The notes under the pieces are model-generated. The model made no database searches. It worked only from the letters and a program-made list of their open reading frames with translations, and had not been told where the DNA came from. DNA of 64,000 nt from Octopus sinensis (lineage: Eukaryota): the NCBI RefSeq assembly GCF_006345805.1, contig NC_043011.1, positions 66,538,464-66,602,463 of the forward strand, read 5' to 3'. The translations under genes were made by a program, and so were the position numbers. Shown here piece after piece: positions 12,420 to 25,650 of the stretch; positions within the stretch are counted from its first letter, which is position 1, and each line of letters starts with the position of its first letter.

Positions 12420-12615
12420 TAGCAGATATACCCGTCGTCGTCCAGGTTAAGGAAAACAATGGAATTTTAAAATGCTTTTTAGGTCTTTAACATGAAACAT
12501 AGAGTACGCAGGTGTTACCTCCTAGTAGCTTATACTCCAAGTTCATACGTTAATAACGCGGGGTTTCCCAGGTTATTGAAAATAATGTGGTTGGTAAGCA
12601 AACTAATTACCATAT

Positions 12616-12652
<37 letters not shown>

Positions 12653-12664
12653 CATACATATATA

Positions 12665-12772
<108 letters not shown>

Positions 12773-14090
12773 TAAATGATAAGGGTAGAAATTCATAGTA
12801 ATCAATTGTAACAAGTGGCTTAGCATATTTTAAAAATTGAAGATTAAAAATTGTGTTACATACAAAATTAAGAGGAATGGCTACTAAAGTGGACGCCTAA
12901 TATGTTAAACATAGACGTCAAATCGCCATTACCAGAAAGAGTGTGTTTTCAAAAAAAATCTTAGCAAATTGCCAAAATATAAAAATGAGCAAGACAAAGG
13001 AAAATATACGAAATAAAAAACGATTACCTACATACCATGGTTTCACTTGTTAATATCTACGTATGCGGATATCTGCTGGTTTCACAAAGAGGATACATCA
13101 CTGCGCTTTTGGGAGGAAACCAATTAAACTGAAGATTGGTATAACATGCTCGGAGAAAAAAATTCTAAGTTCACGACTTTACGCTTGCTCCACATTGATA
13201 TAAAATCGATTTGCTCTTTTATAAAAATGTTATTAGAACACACAGTGATTAATAGTGATTAATAGATCCAGTCAACAATAAACGTTTTCAAGTCTACGAG
13301 GAAATTGATTATCTTCTACTTAGAAAAAAAACCGACTTAAAATGTAAATGTCCAGCACACAGGAGGAATGTGAAACACAGAGCAGGGCTCTAACTACATT
13401 TCAACAGAAGTAATTCATACAATATGAAAGCAGATTTTTCAACGACTACCAAACCTTAATGCGGAAATATTAAATGTACATTCCCTCGTCAAGAATGTGA
13501 GCATTACATCGAGGATCTATACCAAAATTATTTTCTTTAGGTGTATCTGAGATATACCCAACTGAGACATATCCATATATGTCTGTTTTTGTGGTTAGTA
13601 TAAACCTCATAAAATACAATGTTTAAAAATATAATTAATCAAAATGCAAAGGATGAATCTGTGTTACAAATCAACAATATTTATTTCTAGATCTGAAACC
13701 AGCGTTTTCATTACAAATACATTTTGCTTTGTAAGTTTCGGATCTTTTAACATCTTATACTAAAGGATTGATTGCTTCCCAAACAAAACAATAATTCTTT
13801 AGGTAAGCGAGAACGGAATGTAAAGATGTGGGGCGCAGAGTGATGTGAGGCAATGTGACCATCAAATGAAGCATAACGAAAGATCTGTTTCTAAAGAAGC
13901 ATTCCATACAAAGAGTATACAGTGGAATATTCTTGGGTACTAAGAAAAGGGAGGGATTACAGACTGGAACGCTTAGTGTACATGGATGGAGTTCTGGTCA
14001 AAAGGGTGATCCAGTTGATTTCAAGAAAATAATGTTATTAAATTGTAAGCGTTTTCAGTTTTTCTAACTTGTTTATAAAATATCCCCATG

Positions 14091-14126
<36 letters not shown>

Positions 14127-14131
14127 ATATA

Positions 14132-14258
14132 CAGGGTGTCCCCCAAAAATGTATACACATAGTGTTCGGCAAAAGAGAGCGATAGAATAAGTACTAGGCT
14201 TACAAAGAATAACAAATTTACAATTATTTAATGTGTGTATACATTTTTTGGGGACACC

Positions 14259-14261
<3 letters not shown>
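14132..14261. mobile_element. 130-bp MITE of Tc1/mariner type in a (TA)n tract
   Basis: TIRs cagggtgtcccccaaaaatgtatacaca / tgtgtatacattttttggggacaccctg (one mismatch), TA on both sides. Confidence 0.9.
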
Positions 14262-14302
<41 letters not shown>

Positions 14303-14455
14303 TATATATATAATATATATATATATATATGGGATAGGGGAAATTTTATAAGCAAATTAATAAGCGTCGAATATATCGGTAGTCGACAGAGTATATAAGA
14401 ACTATGTGGAGCTGTGCCGTCAAAAATGACTGCTAACTTTAGTATTTTATATATA

Positions 14456-14840
14456 AACTAGCAGTATCGCCCGGCGTTGCTCGGGTTTGTTTCGACCCTT
14501 TAGAATTGGGATTTTTGAAAAGTAAAAGTTGTGCATTATGTAGTTTCTTATTCTCTTAAAGTGAACATTTTTCTGGTTGAAATATGCCGGCAAATGGCGT
14601 CCCAGCAGTCAAAAAAATCGTAAAAAATAGGGATTTTCATATAAAAAAAGTACCTTTTTGATGCAAATAATTTGTGGTGTTAACATAATCCGATTTTATT
14701 TTTTTCTTCTACGCAAGGAAGAGCAAACCTTCTATCATACTCTCAACTATGGTCAACCTGCGCCGCAGGGTCTCGGAAGAGATAGTGTTTGTTGTAGCCT
14801 ACCAAACCTGCCACACACAGACAATTTCAGCTTTATATAT
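14456..14840 (+). mobile_element. Non-autonomous Helitron-like element
   Basis: Begins actagcagtatcgcccggcgttgctcggg and ends cacacacagacaatttcagctttatatat, the end architecture I associate with Lep1/HINE-type rolling-circle elements; no coding evidence. Confidence 0.55.
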
Positions 14841-17800
14841 AAATTAAGAGCACTTCCCGTTCGATGTTTGAGATTCAGTCTGCAAAATAATTCTCTCATT
14901 TTGAGCTATTTTTTGACACCATTTTCAACTGAGAACACCTTAAAAATGCACACTCAAAACTGCTAGAATTCAAACTTGCTCCAAACGATTCAAGAAATTT
15001 TTCTACGTATATGCTCATATTTTGTTTTTCGAAAGATTCAAAAATTGAACATGTTTTCGCCCCATTTTTCCATTACATTCATGCAAACACTCACACAGTT
15101 ACGCGTCGAATCTAACATTTTGCGTGAACACAACTCAATCGCAGAAAATGTATTGTTTCGGGCCTTTGTTATCGAGATAGAGACTTGAAACCTACTTTGG
15201 CCGTAACTACACCACGCCTTCTATAGGTGTGTTAATTTTCAGCTCGATCCCAGCACGCCTAGTGCCACTGAATTCTTAACAAAACCAAAATGTGCAAGTT
15301 TTTTACATCTTTTATATTGGTAGATAAGGTACAAAACAAAATTTTTAGGTTCATAATTAGTTTATTACCTATCTTTTAATGAAAAATCTATCCGCAACTA
15401 ACATGCCTTGACTGCTTGTTTCCATCAAAATAATTTTTATGTTTCCCTTCCTTCTTGTACGACTTAAGGCCACATAAAGCTGGCCGTGATGAAATACGGG
15501 AGCAGGAAACTAAATACAAACTTTTTCTGAGCGACATTTCCTTTCAGTTGCGTTCCCCCATTACTGAAACCAAATTAAATTCATTCGACTTAAAGCCATA
15601 AAACGCAGTCCGTGACTCATAGTTCATGTCCTAAAAACCTCCCTATTCAAAATTTATTGCATAAATTTCTAAATATAGATAAATTAGGCACGTGTATGAA
15701 CTCTTAAATTTCTTATATAATATAATTTTCAAATGCAGTCGTATTGTATTTCTGATACACTCAAGCAATAATCTTTTTCTCTAATTGGTATGTGTATGCA
15801 TATGTTTGTGTGTGATTGTAATAATGATTTGTAACACATCACATAAACTTTGGATGGAAATTCAATTTAATACACATTTCAATGTTATCTGGTGGTTTAC
15901 TTTTGAGATGTGACTTCGATCATGGTTTGTTACCGAAAGAACGCTGATTCACACATACAAACATTGACATACTTCCCTTGCACACACACACACACACACA
16001 TACAACCATATATTGACACAGAGTTGAAACGCTGTTTGAATTTTCTTTTCAGCGTTGAATATTCACAATTACACTTCCTTACACGCACACACACAAAAAC
16101 ACACGCACACACAAATATTCTCATACCTCTCTTTTACATACACACAGACACATACTCACACTGGGTTGAAATGCTGTTTAATTTTTCTTTGAGCGTTGAA
16201 TGTTCACTCACACATACATTCAAATTTTGCCATTACCCCTTCCTTCCTTCTTGATCTGTCATCCCTTCCTTTCTCATTCATATGTTGTGATGGAGAAATA
16301 CATAAATGTACAAGAGTATTATTATATCACCATCACTCTTCTATTGCACACACACACATACATATTCACATACCTCCCTTTTCACTCGCACATACATATA
16401 GTCAGAGAGAGCTGAAACGCTGTTTGATTTTTCTCACTCTATCCTTTCTTATTTGTGATTTCTCACACCTTCATTTCTCATTCTTATGTTGTGACGCAGA
16501 AAGACACAGGAATATTATTATAACAGAGTCGCAAGATATATACATCTTTTGCGGGTGCTCATATCTTGAGTTCCATTACACGCAACTTTAAGATGTAATT
16601 GAACGAGGATATTTTAATGCATAAATAAATATTGGTCGTAATAATGTCTCAAACATATTTTTTAAGATATGGCATCTTAAGAAATATATGTAAGAACTAT
16701 TATACATTCTAGAACCTTGCATATTATTCTTGACAAATATTTTATTACTCTTCAGATTTGTAATATAGACTATGAATTAAAATTGTACTTTGTACTCTGA
16801 TATGAACAAAAGAAACTCTGTGGATTTTAACGATAGTACAACACAGAATCCCCATTAATGTGATGCCTTGATGACACAGCTGAAAATGTAAACCAGAAAC
16901 TTCAATTAGGGTCAACCAATGTTTTTGAAAAATAAATTTAGGAATTGTTAATTAAAATTGGTTGCAAAATATGGCACAAGTCCAGTACATTCAGTGTAAT
17001 AGGTAAGACGATTACAATGCCCCCTATCTACAACTGGTATAAATTTATTGACAACCAAACAAGGAAAGTCGAAACTGACTTCAGGAGAATGTGAAGGGGG
17101 AAGGTAAAGACGGACGAAATGCTGCTAAGCATTTCATCCTGTGTACTAACGAATCTGCCCCTCAGCTGCCTTACAGTTACGTAATATTAAATGGCGACAG
17201 CAGTTCTTTCATCGTAGAAGCATATACATTGATGTTGCACAGGGTTATGTACGTCTCCCCCAGAAATTCTATATTATTGCCTCTGAAATTATTTGTTACC
17301 AAATATAAATCTGAAATATGATGACGCAGAAGAGCGTCAATAATTATTAGAAGTTCCTTTAAACTGATATGTATTATAACTACAATAATTTTAATATCAG
17401 TTATCATTAAATATCAAATTTTTAATATAAGGGAAATCTTATAGGAAAACAAAGACATCGATAGGTATGTATAAAATTTATTAATTGAATGTCAATGTAT
17501 CATCAAAATACACAGCATCGTATGAAGATCGGTAAGTGAATAAATATAAAATTCAACTTTGAAACAGAAAAATGTTGATAGTTGAACAGACATCATTAGT
17601 GGACCAACGATCATAAAGAGAACACCGGGAAATCTGTGGTCACTTCACAATGCTAATTACAAATAATCGGAGCAAAACAATATTCAGCTAAATAGACGTT
17701 GCTACAACAGCGAGAATTGCAAAATACGAAACTGTTTTGAGCTTCATCTGTAAAAAGTAATATTAAATAATTTATTTAAACATCTTAAATGGCATTTTGC

Positions 17801-17949
17801 GGTAAAAAACAACGCATATTACCTTTGAATATTGGCATGCCTTAACGGAAGCCTATATCAGTGAAATTATTGCATGAAAACAATATTTATTACAATTTTA
17901 GTAATACATTTTCAGCTAGTAGTGATCATACTTCATCATATTTCATTAA

Positions 17950-18800
17950 TGTTTCCATTGCTCCCTAGAAGTAATCATTGTTATACCAATATTTGTAGAG
18001 TTATAATGAATTTATTGTACAAGGATATGTTTGGATAAAATATTTGGATCATTTCGAAACCTGCACTGGTAATGAAGGCGTAATATATAGAGAGATGTTC
18101 CACCGACATAATCTGGCGGCAAAATCTTTTGTGAGCCTCAGTAAAAGAATCTTTCGGAACAAGAAAATAATGAACTTCGATCAAGTACAAATATTTCTGG
18201 ATATCCAACAGCCTATAAATCCACCATTCTCTTGTATCGTTCCCGCTGAAGAGGACGAGATTAAGGAGCAAACCCAGCGGGGAAAATGGTAAAGTTGGCG
18301 AAGGATGAAGGCTTCAACTGAATGTCCCAGTCTTCATGAGGATTCCGGTAGGTGGCACCTACCTTCTCCTGTCACGTGGTAATTTAAAGCGATCTGATAT
18401 GGGGGGCTTTTGGTTGTCTAATCTGACGCCGATAAAGCGTTCATGATTCAGATCAATATTGGAGGTGTGTGAAGAGAGATCGATATATAGAGAGTCTTGT
18501 CGATCTTTGTTTTCTTATTCCGAAACACTCGTTTGCTGAGGCACCCGAAAAATGTAAGGGCCAGTTCTAGGCGGTATTGATGATATTACAGGATTGCGTT
18601 GATGGTAATGAACAGACCTTACCGTGATACTGAATCCGAAAATTGGGTAGGGGCCTTTTTACAGTTGTAGTTCCCCAAAATTTTAATACTGCATGCTACC
18701 GCTATTACGCTAGTATTACCGGTAATCTACGCCAAAATTTACATTGCACTAATTGTATACTCTTGGAACTGTATAGTGTTGATACGTACCTCACTGAGCT
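17950..18800 (-). mobile_element. Possible ancient LINE endonuclease remnant (duplicated at ~48310-49160)
   Basis: Only fragmentary peptides (KIDKTL, PTGI, SPLG) in different frames. Confidence 0.25.
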
Positions 18801-18916
18801 GTGCAGGACTGTTAAAGAGACCTCTTGGTATGTGCCTTTTCACCAAATGCTAAAACAAATATTTTAATATATTATCGTGAAATTGTGTCCTTAATAGAAG
18901 GAAAGATATATTATAT

Positions 18917-18954
<38 letters not shown>

Positions 18955-19587
18955 CAATACAATAAAATATTAGATTATATTTTATTATATTATATTGTAA
19001 TATATTATATTATATTATATTATATTATATTATAAATATAAAGCAGTGGTTAGCAGAATTAAAAACTGTCCGAGGACTATGAATTACATTACACATATAT
19101 TTAGAGGAATAGTGTCCAAGGTAGATTCCTAATATGCTAAGAATAAGACGCCCAATTGCCTTAGCAACGACAATATTTTCTCAAAAATCTGAGCATACAG
19201 CAGAATGTATGCAAATAAGATAAATGAAAGGAGAGAAAATAATCCTTATTCTTTTTAAATTGGAAATTCATAGGTTTCTTCGCAGTGCATTACGTTCCTT
19301 TATTGGAGCAACTTCGATTTACAGCTGTTTCAGGTTATCATTATAGGTTCAATATACATCGTTTTACTCAGGCGGTCTATAGATCAGTTGAGAAAACTTT
19401 AAAAGAAGTAATACCAAGCTCAGCAACGATATAGTGTTCTATACACATATGTAAGATATGGCATAATTATACACAGGACAAATTTAAGCCATTCAACCGG
19501 AGACTGAAAAGATGATGAAACAATCTTTATCGATTTTCGAACCTTATTGGGTTCTTATCAAAACCGCCTACATCATTCCGACAGTCT

Positions 19588-19628
<41 letters not shown>

Positions 19629-19631
<3 letters not shown>

Positions 19632-20995
19632 AGAGTTTACGAAAGAAACAACAGACGAAGGCAGGTGGTCTATAAAAACAAACCGATGTATTAGTATAAC
19701 GCTCAGGAATAGAAAAATGTCTGTTACGTTTCGAGCCTACGCTCTTCTACAGAATGGGACACAGATAAACAAGGAGATGAAAAATTTCGTTTAGTGGCTA
19801 ACGATCTATCATGGCAACTAATGCTGGACAGAAGGGTCAAACACGAAAAGGACAGTCGGGGAGATAACAAAGTAAAGATGACCCCAAACACGAAGATGCG
19901 CGTGTGTATAAGATATAATGTGCGTGTGAAAGACAACTGTTGGTCTGGACGTGTGCATGCAAGTATGTGTAGGTGGGAAGATGTGGGGATGGGGTGTGGG
20001 TGGTGTGTTGTGATGTGATGTGTAATGTTGTATGGTGGAGTGTGGTGTGATATGATGTTGTTGGGATGTGCGGGAGGCGAGAATGGGGTAAGCACGAGTG
20101 GGGTGTGGGTTCGGCTGTGGGTTGGGGTAGATTTGGGGGTTGTGGGTAACCATTGGGTGGGGGTATAGGTGGGGTATGTGGGGGGCAGGATGGGATGGGG
20201 ATGGGAAGTATAGGGAAGATGGAGTAGTGATGTGTAGAGTGGGTGGGCTTATGGAGAGAGGGGAAGGTGGGTATGTGAGGAGAGAGAGGAGGAGAGAAGA
20301 GAGGGAAGAGAGAAAGAGAGAAGAGAGAGAGAAAGAAAGAAGAGAGAAAGAGCGTAAGAGGGAAGAGGGAAAGAGGGGAGAGAAGGAGAGAAAGAGAGTA
20401 GGAGAGAAGAGAGTAAAAGAAAAGTGGGAATGATTGTAGGGGTGAAGAGAAGTTGGAGTGAAGAGAAGTAGGAGTCGGGAAAGAGAGGAGAGAAGGAGAG
20501 TGAGGAACCAGAGAGAAATTGAGAAGAGAGAAAGAGAGTCAGGGAGATGAGGGAAAGAGAGTAGGAGTGAAAAGATGTAGGAGTGAAGAGAAGTAGGAGT
20601 CAGGGAGGAGGTTAGATGAAGAGGGGCAAACGGGAGTCCTGATGGCTTCTGTGCAAGGACAATCCGAACACAGTCAGCTGTTGCAAGGAGTGACCGGTGG
20701 AGCGGAAATGGCGTGAGACTGGGGTGTCATTGCCGAGGCGGATGTCACGGAGATGTTCCACGATCCGGTCAGCCAGGCGGCGTCCCGTTTGTCCGATGTA
20801 CAGGGAAAGCAGAGAGAGCAGGAGGTAGGGTTGGGGAAGAAGCTGTGGACCAAGAGGTCTCGTAGGCTGTGCGCTCGTTTGAAGGAGGGGAGGGGTCGGG
20901 AATATATATATATTTATATATATATATATATATACAATGCAGACCTGACAAAACTGAAAGATAACAATCTTTATTTCATCTAAGAACATTCTTTA
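19629..20995 (-). mobile_element. Internally deleted Penelope-like element with polypurine/polypyrimidine tract
   Basis: Minus strand encodes FKRAHSLRDLLVHS (PLE RT-EN linker) and, in another frame, YIGQTGRRLADRIVEHLRDIRLGNDTPVSRHF (GIY-YIG second half); GA-rich tract ~20275-20610. Confidence 0.8.
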
Positions 20996-21214
20996 CGAGT
21001 AACACGTCATTCTAAGTCCGAGTTATATAGTATTAGTAAATGGATTATTGATAGCATTATGGAAAACCTCTCAAGCCCACACAATAATAGAATGCTGAAC
21101 AAGAAACTATGGAATATAGATAAATATGAAACGCAAAATATACATTAGACACTTACTATTCGCTGTTATTATCGTGGAAAGTAATGTCCTCAGGGTATTA
21201 CTGTTCATTGTGGC

Positions 21215-21620
21215 CGTCTTAGATATGGCCTCTAACACAGAAATTTCCAATCTCGTAAGAAATGCAGCAAAAGTCTCACAAGAAATACAGATCTGTGCAT
21301 ATCCCACATACTTGCAAAAGACTTAGAGTCAGTCTACAGGACAACAATATTCAACTTAATGTTGAGCGACTCCAAAGCCTATGCCATCAGCATGCTAAAT
21401 GCAACACAGAAAGAATACACTGGAGCTGGATTGACTGCAGTCCTAGAGTTACTATGAATGTTTCACCTAAGAATAGGCATATATAATTATCCATCATTCT
21501 TCCCGTCTTTTGCTAATTTGGCAATGAATTGCAGGTGGATGCCCGGATCGATACGAAGAGTTTTCGTAACTAAAGAGCAAAAATCCATGATGGCTCTCTA
21601 GAAGACATTTGCTCTAAGAT
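21215..21620 (+). mobile_element. Degraded CR1 RT fragment, same family as 7830-8260
   Basis: aaagtctcacaagaaatacag...ctatgccatcagcatgctaaatgcaac...tacactggagctgga...gctaatttggcaatgaattg...ccatgatggctctctagaagacattt aligns by eye with 7890-8255; the paralog at 51665-51860 is partly deleted. Confidence 0.75.
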
Positions 21621-21799
21621 TTTTTTTTTATTGTTTTACTATTGCTCCTAACTTTGGTCGCCACATGAAGTAAAATTAATAGCAGAACGCGAAGCAGTAT
21701 AACGAAGCTACACTATGATGATCATATCAGTACAGTAGAGAAGCTACGCGGATAAACTCAAAATTTATGAGTGTAGCCTCGGGAATGAAGGCAGAATAT

Positions 21800-21945
21800 A
21801 CACGCCGCGCGAAATGCTTAGCAGTATTTGGTCTGCTGTTACGTTCTGATTTCAAATTCCGTCGAGGTCGACTTTGCCTTTTATCCTTTCGGAGTCGATA
21901 AATTAAGTACCAGTTAAGTGCTGGGGTCGATGTAATCGACACAAT
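21800..21945 (+). mobile_element. tRNA-derived SINE, tail lost by deletion relative to the paralog
   Basis: cgccgcgcgaaatgcttagcagtattt...ttcaaattccgtcgaggtcgactttgccttttatcctttcggagtcgataaattaagtaccag. Confidence 0.85.
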
Positions 21946-22274
21946 ACATTTGTCTATTCAAAAGTTTGCTCCTTAATAGTTACACGAAAGACTTAATGTA
22001 GCTAAAGTTAGTGGACAAAGATGTTTTCAAAACTGAATTGCATCGCCTATTGGGAAGGGTCCCGAAGTAACGACCTGCATGCTAGGAAATACAAACGGGC
22101 GCAACTACACGTACACTCGCATACAACAAATACTGCTTATAAAAGGAACGTTGATGAAAAAGGGGCAACACCACCTGGCGGCGGCTTACCACGACAACGG
22201 TTCCCGAGCTGAAACAATTAAAAGAGTTCAACGGTTTTGATTTAGAATTTTGTGAATGATTCAATCTGGAAATA

Positions 22275-22824
22275 TATTTCTTTATTAGCAACAAAGGGCT
22301 GAATAAAGAGGGGGCAAATTACAAAGTACAGCTATCCTTTTTGTGGAGATAAAAAAGAAAGTAAAGAAAAATAAAATAAAATATAAAAGCAGGGATAGGT
22401 TTTCGATCAAAAGTGATCGTAAAAAGAGAGAGGAAAAACAATAGGGATCGTGTATCACAGAAATGTCATGATGTGGAAGCAGATAAGCGTTATCCGTGAA
22501 AAGTAAAGCCTACAGAAAAGACAACGGTAATCTCGGTCAATAATGTCACATGTTAACATTTATTTGCAAGTAAATAACTTTCTGTTTTAAATTGTTCCGG
22601 GTTCATAGAATTACGTTCAAGGTGACTTCGTCATTCATACGTGCCATCCTTGCTACATTCACCCATCTTTTTAAAACATTCGCTAGACAAAACTTGCCTC
22701 TCTACTCTAACTTTCCTTTTCAAGTGATATTGGAAGAAGTTGTTGAGAGATTGACCAGAGAGGAAAGTATTTGTCTCCTTTCAAATGCGTCCACCAGATA
22801 CATTCTTTCGACATAGCCACAAGT
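22275..22824 (-). mobile_element. 5'-truncated Tx1/L1-clade LINE (550 bp) with 16-bp target-site duplication
   Basis: Homologous to 44408-44970 and 56379-56940; flanked by attcaatctggaaata (22259-22274) and attcattctggaaata (22825-22840); single empty site attcatttggaaata in X' near 52676. Confidence 0.9.
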
Positions 22825-23340
22825 ATTCATTCTGGAAATAAATATTTCGATTATTATGAAAATGGCAATTACCGAACATACACTTGAACCTAGAGCGTCA
22901 AAGTATTCATCACATAATTTATCTATCCCATCGATGCAGGCAAGGAATGCTTTGAGATTTCTGAAAGACAAAAATACTCGGAAAACGTGTGGTGTATATC
23001 AACAAACGGTTCGCGATCCGGAAATTTACGGAACATAAAGAAATCAACTTTAATTTTCATGTGCTGTTGAAACACTCGCGATCACAAACACACACGCTTT
23101 CACGCGTGCACACGCACACACACGCACACGCACACACCAACACACACACGACTGCATATAATGTGCCCATGCAGATGTGTTGTCGTTCGAAGGGTTCATG
23201 TTAACATAATAAATTTAATCGCTTCACTAGCTCTTCTTTCATCACTTCGCTGCTTGAAAATAGTGGATTCGCAGCAGAAATAAGGTGACGTTGCATTCAC
23301 CCTTGATGGAGGAGCTGCGTATGTTATCCACGTCCATGGA

Positions 23341-23349
23341 ATAATAATA

Positions 23350-23400
<51 letters not shown>

Positions 23401-23545
23401 TATTAAGAATAATAATAATAATTATGAAGATGATGATAATAATAATAATAAGAAGAATAACAGTTATTATTATTATTATTATTATATTATTATCATTATT
23501 ATTGTTGTTGTTGTTGTTGTTGTTATTATTATTATTATTATTATT
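23341..23545. repeat. (AAT)n switching to (ATT/GTT)n
   Basis: Directly visible; strand switch near 23460. Confidence 0.9.
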
Positions 23546-23546
23546 G

Positions 23547-23915
23547 ACTGTCAGAGTTTGGGTGGTGCATCCTAAATGCTGCCATTATTTTTCTTCTTTT
23601 CATCTTTATCTACTTCAATTACAGTCTAGTTCAGAATATTGTAGCTATAACATATAATTGAGACGGCCAGAATGTTGATACGCATTCTCTCCTTATGACC
23701 CCATACACTTGCTAGCTTCCGGTATAAGGAGCTTTTAACTGGTAGCACTTGTATGTGCAAGTTCTTTGCAAGACATCGTTTTTGGCATTGAGCTGTGTTT
23801 TCTATATTAACCTAACTCGTCTATAACATTCTTTTTTTTTATTTTCACTTTCATTCATGTCTGTTGTATCATATCTAGTTCATTGATTCTTAAGTATTTG
23901 CATAAGTGGCTTTGG
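23547..23915 (-). mobile_element. Degraded R4/Dong LINE RT fragment
   Basis: Minus-strand peptides KYLRINEL, KKECYRRVRL, RMHHPNSD, matching the copies downstream. Confidence 0.75.
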
Positions 23916-23972
23916 TTTAATTCTCTTCTTCTTCTCCTTCTTATTCTTCTTCTTCTTCTCTTCTTCTTCTTC

Positions 23973-24014
<42 letters not shown>

Positions 24015-24060
24015 TATATTATTATTTATTATTATTATATTATTATTTATTATTATTATT

Positions 24061-25650
24061 CAGTAGTTTTATTTTTATATCGTGCTTTCACTTCACTGCC
24101 GATCGCAGCTCTGTGTGCCTTGAGTATGTGCTGTGATTTGTTGTGATGCTCTGGTGGTTATTGTATGGAAAGTGTTCTGCGTAGGATGTGTGCAGTGCCT
24201 AGTAGTGCAATTTTATCTATGTTATATGTGTTTGTAAGTCCTGGTGTTTTTGTTATGTATTTGTCTGAATATTTTTTATCATGCCTAATACACCTATTAT
24301 GAGAGGAATTGTTTCTGTTTTTAGATTCCACATTCTAGATACCTCTATTTCCAGGTCTTTGTATTTTGAAAGTTTCTCCATTTTTTTTTAGAGACACTTT
24401 GTCATCCGCTGGTATTGATACATCAATTAGAAAGCATTTTTTGTCTTCATGATCTCTGACAACTATATCTGGTCTGTTGGCCTTAATTTCTCTATCTGTG
24501 TGTATTGGCATATCGCAGAGTATGGTTGCTTTCTTGTTTTCTGTGACCTTTTCTGGTGTGTGCCTATACCATCCTTTTTCTGTTGTTACTCCGTAATGTT
24601 GGCATAGTTTCCAATGTATATAGGTCCCAACTCTGTCGTGTCTGTGAATATATTACTTCTTTGCCAGGACTGGGCAGCCAGAGAAAATATGATACATTGT
24701 TTCTTGTCCATCTCCACGTATTCTGCAGTTACTTGCTATATTTCTTTTCATTACATGTTGTTGGTAATTTCTGGTGGGGAGGCTTTGGAAATGTGCTGTA
24801 ATTAAAAATCCCTCTGTCTCTGCTTTGAGTCCTGAGCTTCTCAACCATTGTTGGGATTTTTCTTTGTCTATTTCTTTTGCATTTAGTTTAGTCCAGTATT
24901 TACCATGAAGGGGCTTTTCTTGCCATCGATTTATTATGGTTCGTTGCTGTTCTATTTTTAGTTTGGAATTCATTTGTTTTATAGCTTTTGTTGTTTCTTC
25001 ATCATCTTCTTCTTCTTCTTCGTGTTTATTAGGTGGTATGATTTCTTGTTTGTATTTGTCAGCTTCCTTAAATACTGAGAACAGTTTTTTGTTTTGCTCG
25101 TGTTTTGCTGCTATCTCGATCAGTTTTCCTTCCTTCTGAAGTAGATATTTTTGCAGTCCTATGGTGGTTATTTTATAGTAGTTTTCCAGCTGTATAAGGC
25201 CTCTACCACCTTCTATACGTTGTATATATAGTCTTTCTATGTCAGATTTTGGGTGATGCATCCTAGATCCTGTCAGTATTTTTCTTGTTTTCCTATCTAT
25301 TTTGGACAGTTCATTTCGTGTCCAGTTAAGGATATTGTAGCTGTAACTTATAACTGGGACAGCTAAAGTGTTGATACCTATTATCTTGTTTTTAGCATTG
25401 AGCTCTGTTTTTAGTATTGATCTAACTCGTCTATAATATTCTTTTTTCATTTTCTCTTTGATTTGTGTGTGTTGTGTCTTATCTAGTTCATGGATTCCTA
25501 AGTATTTGTAAGTTTGGCTTTGGTCTAATTCTTTTATTTCATTGGTTTTATCTAGTGTGATGTTGTTACTCTTAAATAGTTTTCCTCTTTTCATGGTTAC
25601 TTTGGCGCATTTTTCTAATCCAAATTTCATATCCGAACTAAAGATGAGGA
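24061..25650 (-). mobile_element. R4/Dong-clade RLE LINE, 5'-truncated (copy 1), (AAT)n tail
   Basis: FGLEKCAKV, YKYLGI, YYRRVRSILKTELNAKNK, RMHHPKSDIERLY..GGRGLIQLE, EKPLHGKY, LKAETEGF, HIFSGCPVLA, ILWDMPIHTDREIKANRPDIV (PD-D/ExK nuclease); stop at ~24158. Confidence 0.92.

Larger units (their letters stand above)
16791..23211 (+). repeat. Segmental duplication block X (copy 1)
   Basis: Near-identical to 47354-53105 (for example ORFs 17177/47555, 18044/48406, 18643/49006), with several indels. Confidence 0.95.

Noticed and set aside
15990-16520. Three spaced gagttgaaacgctgtttg-like repeats, superficially CRISPR-like
   Set aside because: Imperfect, irregularly spaced units whose intervening sequences are also similar; eukaryotic context with no cas genes; a decayed local tandem repeat.
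18044-18292. 82-aa ORF conserved at 48406-48654 (also 17177/47555, 17981/48343, 18643/49006), suggesting a gene under selection
   Set aside because: Identity is explained by the recent duplication; overlapping ORFs on both strands are equally conserved and no domain is recognisable.
20140-20433. Glu/Arg/Lys-rich ORF and the Leu/Ser/Phe-rich ORF at 50463-51062
   Set aside because: Translations of the GA-rich tract inside the Penelope derivative.
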